From Octopus bimaculoides (lineage: Eukaryota), in assembly GCF_001194135.2 (NCBI RefSeq), contig NC_068982.1, positions 49,351,195 through 49,390,848 of the forward strand: a DNA stretch of 39,654 nt. The letters run 5' to 3'. How positions within the stretch are numbered: the stretch's first letter is position 1; the number at the start of each line of letters is the position of its first letter. Below, one piece after another: positions 1 through 12,327 of this stretch. A program made the translations under genes and the position numbers. A model generated the notes under the pieces. That model was not told where the DNA came from, searched no databases, and saw nothing but the letters and a program-made list of their open reading frames with translations.

Positions 1-102
<102 letters not shown>

Positions 103-739
103 TTGTGCACAGGTTCAATTCCACTTTTTTATTATTAGTCAGTTGGTTAAGTGTCTGTCCAACTAGCTAATCACTTATTTGTTTAATGTGTTAATTAAAA
201 AGTCAATCAATTTGCTTATTTGTCTAAGTTTTCATTACCATTTGCAAACTTTTCAGTTACTTGTGATCTCCCAACTTGCTTTGAAGGCAGGTTTAATCTG
301 TTTGAGACCCAGTCTTTTGTCCGTATATGTATGGATGTTTGTATGTGTGTATGTAGTTTAGATGAGGAGGTAAGGGTGAGAATAAATGCAAGGTTTGTTA
401 GCACAAAAAAAAAAATGAACATAAAAGAAATGTATTAAATTTATGAATGAATTGAATTTGTTCTTAATCTTACAATTCAATCATAATGATAGAATATGGT
501 TTTGGTAATAAAACAAAATTTTACTTGAAAGTAAGTTACCTGAAAATTGTGACTATATGTCAAGAAGTAGTGTACTCTTAGACTGTGAGTGTCGGCAAAC
601 TTCTTATATCATTGAACCCCTTCATGAACTCATCGATAACTTATTGATTCCCCCTATCATCCAAATTGCTTACATAAAATTATCCACTAGGCAATCAGCT
701 GTCTCCTCTTGTACATCTGTTTTAAGATAATGCACTTTG

Positions 740-860
740 AGATTTGACTGTTATACTTCACATAGGTATTTCAAATATTTGGTGTATGTGATGCTTTTAA
801 CCTTCCTTCATAATCACCATTGGAGATGTTTAAAAGAAATCTGGATAAATTTGGCTGTCT
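740..860 (+). mobile_element. Possible decayed CR1/L2-type LINE ORF2 C-terminal end
   Basis: Hand translation ...CDAFNLPS*SPLEMFKRNLDKF resembles the CR1-group ending (WNxLP...xFKxxLDKF). Short and degenerate. Confidence 0.3.
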
Positions 861-1126
861 TTTGATCATTTTCTTTTTTTTTAGTGCCCTGAAAATGTCA
901 AGATCCTTGTCTTTCTTTTTTTATCAGTGTGTGCACCTTTTGATATATGCTTTCATCTTTACAGGCTTCATAGCATCATTATGACAAGTTTTTACATTTT
1001 TTCACATAACAGGTACATAAGCATTATTTTATTGGCAAATGAGTATATAAATCTGAATTTTAAATATTCTTGAAACTAGTGTCAGCACTTATTAATGCAA
1101 ATTTTTGATCATTGTCATTGTAACCG

Positions 1127-1690
1127 ATGGAGTACCCTAAGGTTCAGTTGCATCCTTCATACTCTTCCTCAACATGTTCGATGTCACTTCTCTACAGCAC
1201 TTCAGTCCTTTAAAACATTTCATTCAAAGGCTTCATCTACAAGCAATTTAGATACCTCACAGTAAGCCACTTCCTTGTACACAACCCTTGGAAACATCCT
1301 CAAATAGGGATATGTAACTCTAATCTCTCCCAGCAGCATAAAGTTACAATCACTGCTCACAGCAAGGAAACAAATTTGTTTCATATACATAGCATAGATA
1401 AAACTGTAACCCAAAGAAAAACTTTCCTCTTCAGCTAGGAACTACTTCAGCTTTGATCAGCTGTTGATTCTTCACAAACCTCAATATCATTATGGAATAC
1501 TATCTCCATATCAAGGAAGGTGCTGCAGCTTTATCCAACCATCCTAGACCATACCTTTGAGAAGTCATCTCACTGATCAACAAAGACTCATTTATCAATA
1601 CACTTTTGACTAACAGATAAGCTGCTTCCAATTTCTGTCTATTCATATCACTACTGTAACCTCTGTAGATACATATCACTTCTACCCCAG
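1127..1690 (+). mobile_element. Decayed L2/Crack/CR1-group LINE reverse transcriptase fragment
   Basis: Hand translation: GVP*GSVASFILFL (RT motif GVPQGSVLxPxLF), then LGNILK*GYVTLISPSSIKLQSLLTARKQ and IMEYYLHIKEGAAA (cf. PxMEYCSHIWxGA). Contains stops and frameshifts; no YADD seen. Confidence 0.7.
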
Positions 1691-1815
1691 TTCTTCTGTG
1701 ACATTCATCTCTCCTTCATGCTTTGCTTTACTTCTTTTGCAGCTCTTTATCCCAGATTCTAAATTAACCACTTTCTCCAATCACTCTCTTTCCATGAACG
1801 TCAATCCTCTAAAAA

Positions 1816-1831
1816 TCTCTGTCTCTCTCTG

Positions 1832-1906
<75 letters not shown>
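1816..1906 (+). repeat. Compound (CT)n(AT)n microsatellite
   Basis: Read directly. Confidence 0.97.
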
Positions 1907-1909
<3 letters not shown>

Positions 1910-2530
1910 CTACAGACACTCACATAGATTTTTTAACTGAATATAATTTGTATTGATCTCTGTTGTCTCTGAGGGCTTGCAAACATCAGAAGCACTATCC
2001 TTCCTTCAAACTGAGCAACAAAAAACAAAAAAAAAACTTCATGCTTTGGTTCTTTACTCATAGACTTGAAGTTTATTATATTTTCTTAAATTCTGCTTTG
2101 ATACACTTTTTACTAAGATTATTTTTTCTTAAATGTTGCTTTGATATCTCTCTTGATCTAAGTAATTATATTTATAAAAGATGTGCACGTTATTGCTCTT
2201 GAATTATTTCTATTAGTTAATGTTTGATCTTTTTTCATTAGACATAATTGATATTATTGAATTATTTGATTTTTAGTCACCATTTTATCTTCGAGTCACA
2301 ATTCTTGTCTTATTAATCCAGATTAGACCTGACTGAGCAGATCCAGCTCATCCATTTTTAAGAAAATAAAATTTGAAGGGGATTTTGCTACTTTTTCCAG
2401 CAAATTGAGAAATCATGTTGAGACTTCTTCGTAAACTTGATTTACAGTTGGACTAGTTAATTGTTGGGTCGTATTCTATTGCTCATATTATGTTCTATCA
2501 ATGGCTTGGACATTTTACTTAATTTCCCAG

Positions 2531-2575
2531 TCCAGTGACTGCCAATATGAAACATAGAAGGTATAACTTACTGCA
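2531..2575 (+). CDS. Candidate 45-nt internal exon of an unidentified host gene (PVTANMKHRRYNLL)
   Basis: Acceptor ttttacttaatttcccAG, donor CA|GTAAGT, length a multiple of 3, only one open frame. No homology recognised. Confidence 0.2.
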
Positions 2576-3108
2576 GTAAGTAGCAGAAGCCTTGAATAAT
2601 TAATAAATGGAGTTATCTTTTGCTGTGCTACTGAGTTTAAGTATTGCCAATAGCCTGAAGAAAACGTAAGAAACCATTTTCACGTACATATACTTGCTCT
2701 GAAAATACTGGTTCTTTGAATATCTAATTTGAGGGAAACTTGATTAATAATAGTAGGTAAGTAACTTAAAATGGTTTTCTTAATTGCATAATCTAAAATT
2801 CATTAAATTTTAAGAAAATTTTTTGAGAAATATTAGTTCTTTTATTTATATCTATTTTCGTTTGTCACTATTACTGCAAGGTAATGATGCACAGGTTATT
2901 ATTTGAGGTGTTTAAAATTTTGAGGCAATTAAGAGACACCTTCACCCAGTGATTATCCACATCATTCAGTAATAGCTTTTATTCATAGAAGTGCTTGAAA
3001 TTAACACTGCAGGCTCTAATGACACCTGTTTGTCATATAGTATTCTTACTGTCTGAAGTAGTAAACAGGACTATTGTAGAGTACAATTGAATGAGAGTTA
3101 ATATATTT

Positions 3109-3330
3109 AAGGCAGTTGAGTGGTAGAGCCATTAGAACATCAGATAAAATGCATTCTAATAGTCTTGTTCATAAGTACCTAGTGGCACTTCATCCATTTT
3201 CATGTTCTGAATTCAAATTCTGCCAAGGTCAACTTTGCCTTTCATCCTTTCAGAGTTGATAAAATTAGTACCAGTTGTGCACTGTGGTCGATGTAATTGA
3301 CTTACCTGCTCCCTTGATAATGCTGGATTT
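3109..3330 (+). mobile_element. tRNA-derived SINE family B (Meta-like central domain), decayed
   Basis: B-box-like GTTCTGAATTCAAATTC, then GCCAAGGTCAACTTTGCCTTTCATCCTTTCAGAGTTGATAAAATTAGTACCAG shared with many copies in the window. Confidence 0.8.
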
Positions 3331-3624
3331 ATTCCAATATATATTCTGGTTCTTTGTGATCTGTGTTCAAATCCTACTGAAGCCAACTTTGCTTTTTATG
3401 CTTCTGGAATCAATAAAGAAAGTACCAATGAAGTGCTGGTGTAGTCCTCTTTCTCATCAGCTATCACACCCTAGGAGTTCCCCTGAATTACAGCAGGGAA
3501 AGACAAGAGGGATCTATGTTTGCTAGGCATCTAAAATAAAAAGCAAAAGCATGTAATATACTCTCAAACTATCTTTGATTTTGAATGATAGTTGTTGTTT
3601 AGATCCAGAGATAGATCACAGGTG

Positions 3625-3862
3625 TTTTCTGCACAGTAGGCTCATAAAGCAAGTTTTATAGATTCTGTGGCTTCTATATTTTCCCCACTGGATAGGATGC
3701 TGATCTGTTGCAAGATTACTCATTTTTGCCAGCTGAGTGGATTGGAGCAATGTGAAATGAAGTGTTTTGCCCAAGAATACAATGCATCACCTTGTCCAGG
3801 AACTGAAACCACAATCTTACAACCATGAGTGCGATACCTTAACCACTAAGTCACATGACTTC
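3625..3862 (-). mobile_element. tRNA-derived SINE family C (CORE-like domain)
   Basis: Reverse complement gives a tRNA-like head (..TTAGTGGTTAAGG..GTTTCAGTTCCTGG) and TTGGGCAAAACACTTCATTTCACATTGCTCCAATCCACTCAGCTG, as in the 5003-5338 copy. Confidence 0.8.
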
Positions 3863-4024
3863 ATGTAGTTTAGTTTTGCTAAAATAATTAACTAAATAGG
3901 TAGTGATCCTGGGTAATTCCCACTAGTCTTTTAGTTTAACATGTATTTTTTGACTGTTAGATTAAGAAGACAAACCACTGAGCAGTAAATGTCTTCACCC
4001 TTAGCCAGATACATAGTGCAATAT

Positions 4025-4265
4025 GATCCACTTTGATCTATCATTTTCATCATCATTACCACCATCATCATTTAACGTCCTTTGTCCATGCTGGTATGGG
4101 TTGGACAGTTTGACCAGAGCTGGGAAGCTGGAAAGCTGCACCAGACTCCAATATGTTTTGGCATGGTTTCTATGGCTGGAAGCTCTTCCTAACGCCGACT
4201 GCTTTACAGAGTTGCAAGGTGCTTTTTTGTGGCACCACAAGGACACTTTTATATGGTGCCTTAAA
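4025..4265 (-). mobile_element. Retroposon 3' module D ending in a (GAT)n tail
   Basis: Reverse complement ..GGCGTTAGGAAGAGCTTCCAGCCATAGAAAC..GGACGTTAAATGATGATG. Homologous to 7885-7982 and 10295-10432. Confidence 0.75.
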
Positions 4266-4863
4266 AGCATCCATGTGATGCCATGTAAAAGCACTGAGCA
4301 CAATGACAGATATGTCATGTATTCTGTTACACTACCAGTGTTTTAAGTCCATTAACAATTTTGGTACCAGTGTCCTTCATGGGGTCATGGCTATGGTTTT
4401 TGGAAATGGTTTATCCTTCCAACACCCTATTAACTTATCCTACAATAAGACTTTGAGGCTATTAAACCATAAGTTCTAGTTTAGTAAATAAGTAATGAAT
4501 ACATATTAATTTGCTGATAATTTAACATGTGATATTACCATTTATCACACTGAAGATTACAGAGTTGCTGCTGCCTTTAATTTTTCATGGGGGATATTCA
4601 ATGTGGAGTCATTATTTTTCTTTTTTTGTCATCTCAGTTTAATTTTGCCTTCTTGCAAAATAATTATTTTCATTCATTAAAAGGTGTTCAAGTAAAAAAG
4701 TCTTCTTTCAAGACATTGATCAAACTTTGAACAGCAATGAATACAATGATTCATAGATTTATTGCAACATTGAAATTGGTAAATTCATTAGTAATATGTC
4801 TAAGTATATTTCAATAATTCCTCCTGGAATGTGAGAACATTTCTCTATTTACAGCTGTCTGTA

Positions 4864-4915
4864 AAGAAATTATACAGACAAGAAATTATACAGACAAGAA
4901 ATTATAGATATACAG
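4864..4915 (+). repeat. 16-bp tandem repeat (AAGAAATTATACAGAC), about 3 copies
   Basis: Two exact units plus one degenerate unit, read directly. Confidence 0.9.
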
Positions 4916-5002
4916 AAAATATAATATAGTCATTCATTTTCATTTGCGAAATAGGATTGAGAACAAATAGAAGAAATTAAGATATAGAGTGCTAAATTAT
5001 CA

Positions 5003-5338
5003 AATACAGTGGTTAATGCATCAGACTCACAATCATGAGGCAGTGAGTTCAATTCCTGGACCAGGCTGTGTGTTGTGATCTTGAGCAAGACACTTTATTT
5101 CACATTGCTCCAGTTCACTCAGCTGTAGAAATGAGTTGCGACATCACTGGTGCCAAGCTGTATCAGCCTTTGCCTTTCCTTTGGATAACATCAGTGGCAC
5201 AGTGAGGAGAGACTGGTATGCATGGTTGACTGCTGGTCTTCCACAAACAACCTTGCCCAGACTTCTACTTCAAAGGTGAAGTTTCTAGGTGCCATCTCAT
5301 GGTCATTCATGACCAAAGGGGATCTTTACCCTTTACCC
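5003..5338 (+). mobile_element. tRNA-derived SINE family C, near full length
   Basis: A-box-like CAGTGGTTAATG, B-box-like GAGTTCAATTCC, CORE-like TTGAGCAAGACACTTTATTTCACATTGCTCCAGTTCACTCAGCTGTAGAAATGAGT, tail ending (TTTACCC)2. Confidence 0.85.
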
Positions 5339-5425
5339 AAGATCAAATATAACAAAAGACATTGGCTATGTATAACAAATCTTTTTTCATGAATGATTTA
5401 AAATGGAACCAAAGTTATCATTAAC

Positions 5426-5546
5426 ATGCATGGTTGTGTGGTAAAAAGTTTACTTCTTAATGACATGGTTCCAGGTTCAGTCCCAGTGCATCATACCTTG
5501 GGCAATTGGGTTTCTGTCCAATTACTGAAACAAGTAAAAGATAAAA
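5426..5546 (+). mobile_element. SINE family A, internally deleted (head joined to tail)
   Basis: Head GGTTGTGTGGTAAAAAG..GGTTCAGTCCCAGTG..CCTTGGGCAA joined to the family A end ACTGAAACAAGTAAAAGATA. Confidence 0.75.
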
Positions 5547-6529
5547 TGAACCTGATTTCTATGACTAACAGACCAGACCCAGCAGATAAGTGGCTACACA
5601 TACAACTATATCAAAGCATCATTTAATATGGAAACAATCTGAAGGATGCAGTTAATTGCTGAAGGGAAATTAAGCTTTAAAACTACTTAAAAATTACTCT
5701 GGCTAAATGTTGGTAAACTTATTTCTGTGAAACACCATTTTTAGTTTTTATAGCAGTAGTGACAAAGTCCATTGTTCATGCTATTCATGAAATGGAAATA
5801 TTTTCTACAAAGCCAAAATTACATTCATGATAGATATTGTAGGGAATAAATTTCTCAAACTTTCATAAAACTGGGGAAAACAAAAGAAAAAAGATAGAAG
5901 AATGTAATACTCACATTTTGGATTCAGATACACACCATGGAAGGAATTAAACTGTGAATAATGAAAGTTCCATTTCAATAAAACGTTGAATAGAATATTG
6001 AAAAATATAATATAGAAATGAAAAGCGAATATGACATTGTTCATGCAATATTCTAACAAAGTGAAATGGTGATGATATTTCTGGAAATAGAATACGGATT
6101 TGTACATAGTATTCATGAGTCAAATGAAGATATTTAAAAAAAAAAAAAAAAAATTCCTGTATGTTACATCTTCATAACTTTCATCAATTGAGAGATCAAT
6201 ATTTATATATAATCAAATCAAGAAAGTGAATACAAACTCTCGTGCCTTGTGTAACATAGTTATTGTATACAGAATTACTGAATTTCTATAAAGAAGATAT
6301 AAATTATCTACCTACATTTTACAACTTTTTTTTCATACTTAATTTATTGCTATTATAAAGTTACCTTTAATGCACACATCTAAAGAAGAGGGGAGTAAGA
6401 GGATTAAATGTTTTATATCAAGTCTCACTGCTTCTCCATTCTGAGTTCAAATCCTACCAAGGGTTTTTTTGCTATCCATGGCTCTCTTTTCACTGAATTA
6501 ACATCTGGTAAAGTAGCAAAGCTAATTAA

Positions 6530-6749
6530 CCCTTTAGCATTTAAACCAGCCATACCAGCCCAAAATATTCTACCTGTTCTATCTTCAAACCAGCAAGATC
6601 TGACCTCTCTCACTTGCTCTACAAAGTCGTTTTTCAAATAAACAGTCACATCATTGAAATTTCAAAGCAATGAGATAATGCATGATTAATTCAAAACAAT
6701 TTGCATAAATAAGCATTAAATTTGACAGATTAATCTAAATGCTAAAGGG
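6530..6749. mobile_element. piggyBac-like MITE family 1, 220 bp
   Basis: TTAA|CCCTTTAGCATTTA ... TAAATGCTAAAGGG|TTAA: perfect 14-bp TIR with TTAA on both sides. Homologues at 26925-27148 and 38298-38495. Confidence 0.9.
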
Positions 6750-6829
6750 TTAAATTAATTAAACTTTCCCAACAAAAAATGCAGATTTTGCTAGTCAAAA
6801 CAAAAAAAAAAGAAAAGAAAATTGATATA

Positions 6830-7205
6830 CAGGCTTGGCTGTATAGTTAAAAAGCTTGTTTGCAATCATGTGAACCATGTGGTTTCAGGTTCAGTACTCC
6901 ATAGGCAAGTATCTTCTATTATAACCCCTGCCAAACAATGCTTTGTGAACGAACTTGTTAGCCAGAAAACTGTGTGGAAGCTCATTGTGTGTATGTGTGT
7001 GGTGTGTGCCATTGCCAGGCAACTGGAGTTCATTTGTTTACATCTCTGTAACTTAGCAGTTCAGCAAAAACAACTCACAAGAATAAGTACAAGACTTGAA
7101 AAAAATAAGTCCTGGGGCCAATTTGTTCAACTACACCCTCCAAGATGGTGCCCTAATGTGGCCACCTTTCAATGACAGAAACAAGTAAGAGACAGAAAAA
7201 TAAAG
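6830..7205 (+). mobile_element. SINE family A (tRNA head, CORE-like domain, internal TG tract), decayed
   Basis: Colinear with other A copies through GGCAAGTATCTTCTA, TAACTTAGCAGTTC, AATAAGTCCTGGGG and the GAAACAAGTAAGAG tail. Confidence 0.8.
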
Positions 7206-7334
7206 ATACCAAGCTTGACTTTGATGCCAACAGTTGTAAGAAGTTGAGATATTTATCTTGAAATAATAATCAACTGCATCATATTTCTCATTAAAAAAAA
7301 AATAAATGTTGAAATTCATATTCTATCATGAGAT

Positions 7335-7517
7335 GCAGATGTGGCTGTGTGGTAATAGGTTTGCCTCCCAATCACATCATCTTGGGTTCAGTCCCACTGC
7401 CTGGTACCTTGGGGAAGTGTCTTCTACTATAGCCTCAGGCCGACCAAAGCCTTGTGAGTGAATTTGGGACCTGAAAAGAGACTGTTGTGCGAGCGTGTGT
7501 GTGTGTGTATGTGTGTA

Positions 7518-7560
<43 letters not shown>

Positions 7561-7630
7561 GTGTGTCCTTGCCTTGACTTCTTGTGATAGCTGCAAACAA
7601 GTGTCACCATCATGCAAATGATGTTCATTG
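7335..7630 (+). mobile_element. SINE family A variant with a different 3' module
   Basis: Family A head and CORE-like part up to the (TG)n tract, then TCCTTGCCTTGACTTCTTGTGATAGCTGCAAACAAGTGTCACC, which is not seen in other A copies. Confidence 0.8.
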
Positions 7631-7680
7631 ATTTTAATCTTCAGACATGTCTGCTTATTGAGAACACCACCCTACTCAAA

Positions 7681-7982
7681 TGTAGCAAGCCATTGGAATC
7701 ATTAGCATGCTGGGTGAAATGCTTGGTAGCATTTCATCCCTCATCACATTCTGAGTTCAAATACAGCTGCGGTTGACTTTGCCTTTCATCCTTTCGGGGT
7801 CAATAAAATAAGTAGCAGTTGAATACTGGGATTGATGTAATCGACTTATACCCCTCCTCCAAAATTACTGGTCTTGTGCCAAAGCTGGTGACAGGAAGGA
7901 CATCCAACTGTAGAAAACACCACCCCAGTACTGTCTGAGCCATACAAACATGGAAGAGTAAATGTTAAAACAATGATAATAG
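7681..7982 (+). mobile_element. SINE family B copy (7681-7883) fused to module D (7885-7982)
   Basis: GAGTTCAAAT B box, GTTGACTTTGCCTTTCATCCTTTCGGGGTCAATAAAATAAGTAG, then CTGGTGACAGGAAGGACATCCAACTGTAGAAAAC. Confidence 0.8.
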
Positions 7983-8049
7983 TTCTTTAATATATGAATC
8001 AATTGAGAATACAGATGCTAAAGGAGTTTCTTGGAAACACAACGTGGAA

Positions 8050-8272
8050 TAAAATATTCTTTTCTACTCTAGGCACAAAGCCCGAAATTTTGGGGGAGGG
8101 GGCCAGTCGATTGGATCGACCCCAGTATACAACTGGTACTTAATTTATTGACCCAAAAAGTATGAAAGGCAAGGTCACCTTTGATGGAATTTGAACTCAG
8201 AATGTAAAGACAGACAAAATACCACTAAGCATTTTGCCTGGCATGCTAAAATTTCTGCCAACTGGCTGCCTT
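8050..8272 (-). mobile_element. SINE family B, full length, reverse orientation
   Basis: Reverse complement starts AAGGCAGCCAGTTGGCAGAA (A box) and has CTGAGTTCAAATTCC (B box) plus the B central domain. Confidence 0.88.
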
Positions 8273-8459
8273 CATGGAATAAAATATTATGAGATGCTTA
8301 GAAACATCTTTGTAGTATTATATACACATTATTTAACTTCTAATAAAATTATTTTAAAAGCAGTTGTTTTATATTTACATATTTTAAAAATAAACATTAA
8401 ATTAAAATGTATGCATAGGATGTGCATACATGTGTCTGCATGCATTTATGTGTAGATTG

Positions 8460-8722
8460 GAGTGGCTGTGTGGTAAGTAGCTTGCTTACCAACGACATGG
8501 TTCCGAGTTCATTCCCACTGCGAGGCACCTTGGGCAAGTGTCTTCTACTATAGCTTGTGAGTGAATTTGGTAGACGGAAACTGAAAAAAGCCTGTCGTAC
8601 ATATGTGTATATATATGTGTGTATGTGTGTGTGTGTGTATTTGTTTGTGTGTATTTGTTTGTGTGTCTGTGTTTGTCCCCCTAACATCGCTTGACAACCG
8701 ATGGTGGTGTGTTTACATCTCT
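8460..8722 (+). mobile_element. SINE family A, 3'-truncated
   Basis: GGCTGTGTGGTAAGTAGCTTGCTTACCAAC..GGCACCTTGGGCAAGTGTCTTCTACTATAGC..GGTAGACGGAAACTGAA, TG tract, GACAACCGATGGTGGTGTGTTTAC. Confidence 0.88.
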
Positions 8723-8818
8723 AATCTGTTGTAGTAAGCCTTTGAGATGTCTGAACAGAATTTTCACATCAACAATATTTTTACTAATCCTTTGTATTTA
8801 TGTAAGGCATGTTACATC

Positions 8819-8997
8819 AAGTGCATGGCTTGGTAATTAGGGAATTCAGCTTATGATTTTTAGTTCAATTCCTGGCAGGTCATTAGTGTCCTTGAGCAAG
8901 ATATTTTATTTCATCTTGCTCCAGGATGATCAGATGGTCAGATGGTCCTCGTCGTTCCGACGGACAAACAACATGTATGTATGTATGTATGTATGTG
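8819..8997 (+). mobile_element. SINE family C variant with a short GC-rich 3' end and (ATGT)n tail
   Basis: AGTTCAATTCCTGG B box, GTCCTTGAGCAAGATATTTTATTTCATCTTGCTCCAG, (ATGT)n. Confidence 0.7.
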
Positions 8998-9407
8998 TAT
9001 GAAAATCAGTGTTGCAGAAGGCCATCACAATGTAGAAAGTAGATCGAACATCAAAAATAACAATAGCAATCATATTCAAATGTTATCTCAGAAATATTCA
9101 ATTACTCTTGAATTTTTATATTAAAACCTCTCTTGTCAAAGTTTTAAAAAGTGACAGTGAAATATAAAGTGCATGTCCATTATATTGGCATGCCAAATCT
9201 TTATAGTTTGTGTGTGTGTGTATACATATATATGTAGGATGTGTGGTTCAGTGGCTAGAGTGTTAGGTTCATGATCATGTAGACTCAATTCTTTAGCAGG
9301 TGCCTTGCTACAACAGCGGGGGCATTAGTGGAGGTGATCCAGTATCAAATGATGAAAGGTTAGAGTGTAACAGAGAAATAGAGAGACAGAAATAGGTGAG
9401 TTGGCAT

Positions 9408-9650
9408 AAGGCAGTGAGCTGGCAGAAACATTAGCACGCCAGGCAAAATTCTTAGCAGTATTTCGTCTACTGCTACGTTCTGAGTTCAAATTCTGCCGAG
9501 GTCGATTTTGCCTTTCATCCTTTCAGGGTCGAATTAAATAAGTATCAGTTACACACTGGGGTTGATATAATCGACTTAATCTGTTTGTCTGTCCTTGTTT
9601 GTCCCCTTTGTGTGTAGCCCCTTGTGGGCAGTAAAGAAATAAGAAATAGG
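9408..9650 (+). mobile_element. SINE family B, alternative 3' tail subfamily
   Basis: Well preserved AAGGCAGTGAGCTGGCAGAA..GTTCTGAGTTCAAATTCTGCCGAGGTCGATTTTGCCTTTCATCC; tail CCCCTTGTGGGCAGTAAAGAAATAAG. Confidence 0.9.
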
Positions 9651-10149
9651 TGCCTTGCTGAAGAGGAGGTACATGGTCACCCAGTGAAAGAGAGAGAGAG
9701 AGGGAGAGACAGACAGAGAAAAGAGATAGAGAGTGAGAGAGAGGTACATCAAAGAGGCCCGAAACAAGTGTGCTGATTTAAAGGAGATACTTGGTTACCT
9801 AGTCAGGAAAAACTAGAGGAGAGAGAGAGAGAGAGTGACCAAAGGGAAAGTAAGAGAGAGTAGGAAACAGCGAAACTGTAAGAGAGAGTAAAAGGGAGAT
9901 GGTGTAGTGCTAGGGTGTACTCAAAAGTAACAAGGATCTGAGCATAGAACCTGGTTAGAAAAATAGGGTGTGGGTGTTGGGGGTGTGGGGAGCAGTGATA
10001 CAATGAGCAGGGCAGTGAGGTCAGAAAAGGGGATTGAAAAACAACCATAATTTATGAAGAGGAAATGTGAGGAAGAGAAAGATGAAGTTAGAAGAGGAGT
10101 CGTAGTTCAATTTCTTAGGGTAGAGTGGGTGAAGTGTGTTGTTACATGT

Positions 10150-10280
10150 GGGTGAGGAGACACAACTCTTCTAGCACTCAGTTTCATGGATGGGTCTTCT
10201 CTAGAACTTCATGTCACCAGATATTTTGGTCCACTGTCATTTCCTCCATGAGCCCCAGCATCCTAAGATCAGAGTGAAAG
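10150..10280 (-). mobile_element. RTE-clade LINE ORF C-terminal remnant
   Basis: Minus-strand translation DLRMLGLMEEMTVDQNIW*HEVLEKTHP resembles the RTE ending DLRxLGLxxxMxxDRxxWRxxVxEKT. Confidence 0.55.
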
Positions 10281-10294
10281 AGATATGGAGTGGT

Positions 10295-10432
10295 TGTCGT
10301 TAGGAAAGGTATCCAGCCATAGAATCCAAGCCAAAACAGACTGGAACCTGGTGCAGCTCTCTGGCTTACAAGTTTCAGTCAAACCATCAAACTCATATCA
10401 GCATAGAAAACATATGCTAAATGATGATGATA
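10295..10432 (+). mobile_element. Retroposon 3' module D with (GAT)n tail
   Basis: GTCGTTAGGAAAGGTATCCAGCCATAGAA..GCTAAATGATGATGAT; homologous to 4025-4265. Confidence 0.75.
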
Positions 10433-11758
10433 ATTTGTTAGTGTTAGAAGTAAATTATTGCTGTCATTTTTTAGTCCTAGGTCAGTCCTGATTGTGAAAA
10501 CCTCAACGTTGACCATCCATCCTCATCTCTGGCATTGTATTTCTCTGACTACATTGACCAGTGAGTCCTTTTTTTCAAATCTGTCAGGTGTAATTTGAGA
10601 AAGATTTAGCTGCTATTCCTTGCAAATCAGTCAACAACACACAGTCCCTTGACGGTTGTGGGAAGAGTTATTTTAGATGTGCGTGTGAGTATATGTGTAT
10701 ATGTGGAGGGCCATGTACATTTGTGCATGTGTATATGATAGAGACAGCCAGCCAGGCAGACAGAGGAAGATATGAGATTTTATCTAGTACGTAAAGATAG
10801 GAAGAGGGAAAGAAAGCACTTCACCACATAATATAAAATATTAAACACTTGTTTGTTTAGAGACATCAAATTGAAACTTCTTCCATCAATATAACAAGCT
10901 ACTGACTGGTTAGAAATTATTGATCTCACTTGCTGCCATGTGTTTTGCAGGACCTTAAATTGGCTAAACTTACAAAGAGAAAACACATACAAATTAATCC
11001 ACAGCTGGTGCCTTCCCTTACTGAAGATATTACTTATTTAAGTTTCATTTCATTTTTGGTTCCTACCCACCAACCCTTGGTTGAACTTCAGCTATTTCCA
11101 TCTTTTCTGTAACAAATGCTATTTCATTTTTAAGCTATATTTTTTTCTTTTGTTTGTTGCACATTTTTCTTTGCTTTGTAACACATCGATTTAAATCGTA
11201 AATAAATCTAAGAATTTTTTTTTTTTTTCTTAATAATAGGATATTTTTACATTTTGGAGGTTAAAATTTCTTTTCATTGGTTCTACAATTCTAATTTAAA
11301 TCTTCAAAAGAGAAAATATTTATTTTTAAAGGTTTCCACACACACACACATACACACACATTACATACATACACACATGCATGCATATATATATGATTTA
11401 TCAATTATATTTTGATTCCAAAAGGGAACATGTCTTAAATATTTCAAACTTTGTTGAGCATTTGAGAGACTATTTACATCAATTTAAATATTTAAGAGAA
11501 ATGCTGCCATAAGGAATAAGAAACATGGAATTTTGTTTTATGATTATATGTTGCTATATTAGAAAATTACTTACATTATATTAATTGAAATAGAAGTTAG
11601 TTACTGGTTTATTATGTGAAACTTATTGCATAGAGTCATGAGAGAAAAGTTTGTTGTATAGTGTTAATACTTAATGGAATTTCTTTCATTTTAATTGCAA
11701 CACTAATGTATTATATTCCTTGACATCTCAGATTATCTAATATTTGTATAAACATCAA

Positions 11759-11794
<36 letters not shown>

Positions 11795-12232
11795 TTTTGG
11801 GCTCCCCAACTTGTTCTCTACTCTCTTGCGTTTTGCCTCTCCTCTTTCTTCTTTCCCCATTTCTTTCTCATTCTCTTCCTCTCTTTTCTCTCCTTACTCT
11901 TGCTATGACCCACTATGAATCACTATCTCCACTTCTGGCCCAACTATTCCACACTCCAACTTCCTTTTTGTACCAAGTCTGCAATGTAAATAGACATAAA
12001 TTCAGTATCATATTTATTTCATTTTCTTCGACAGCTCTTATTACTTTTACTCCTTTTTGATTAAAGGTATAACCTGAAACACTAGAACTTCATCCATTTT
12101 TTCATTGGTGTATTTCATTGCACACATTTTTATTGTACATCTTCTCTGATTATAATCAGAGAAATATGAAACAAACTAATAATTATGATTTTGCTTCATA
12201 TTTCTATACTTTCCCAGCAAATAACTTGTGTA

Positions 12233-12237
<5 letters not shown>

Positions 12238-12322
<85 letters not shown>

Positions 12323-12327
12323 CTCTC
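12238..12327 (+). repeat. (CT)n(CTAT)n microsatellite
   Basis: Read directly. Confidence 0.97.

Noticed and set aside
1175-1195. FDVTSL peptide resembling a Penelope RT motif
   Set aside because: It directly follows GVP*GSV..LFL of an L2/CR1-type RT, where the PLE motif would be out of order; coincidental.
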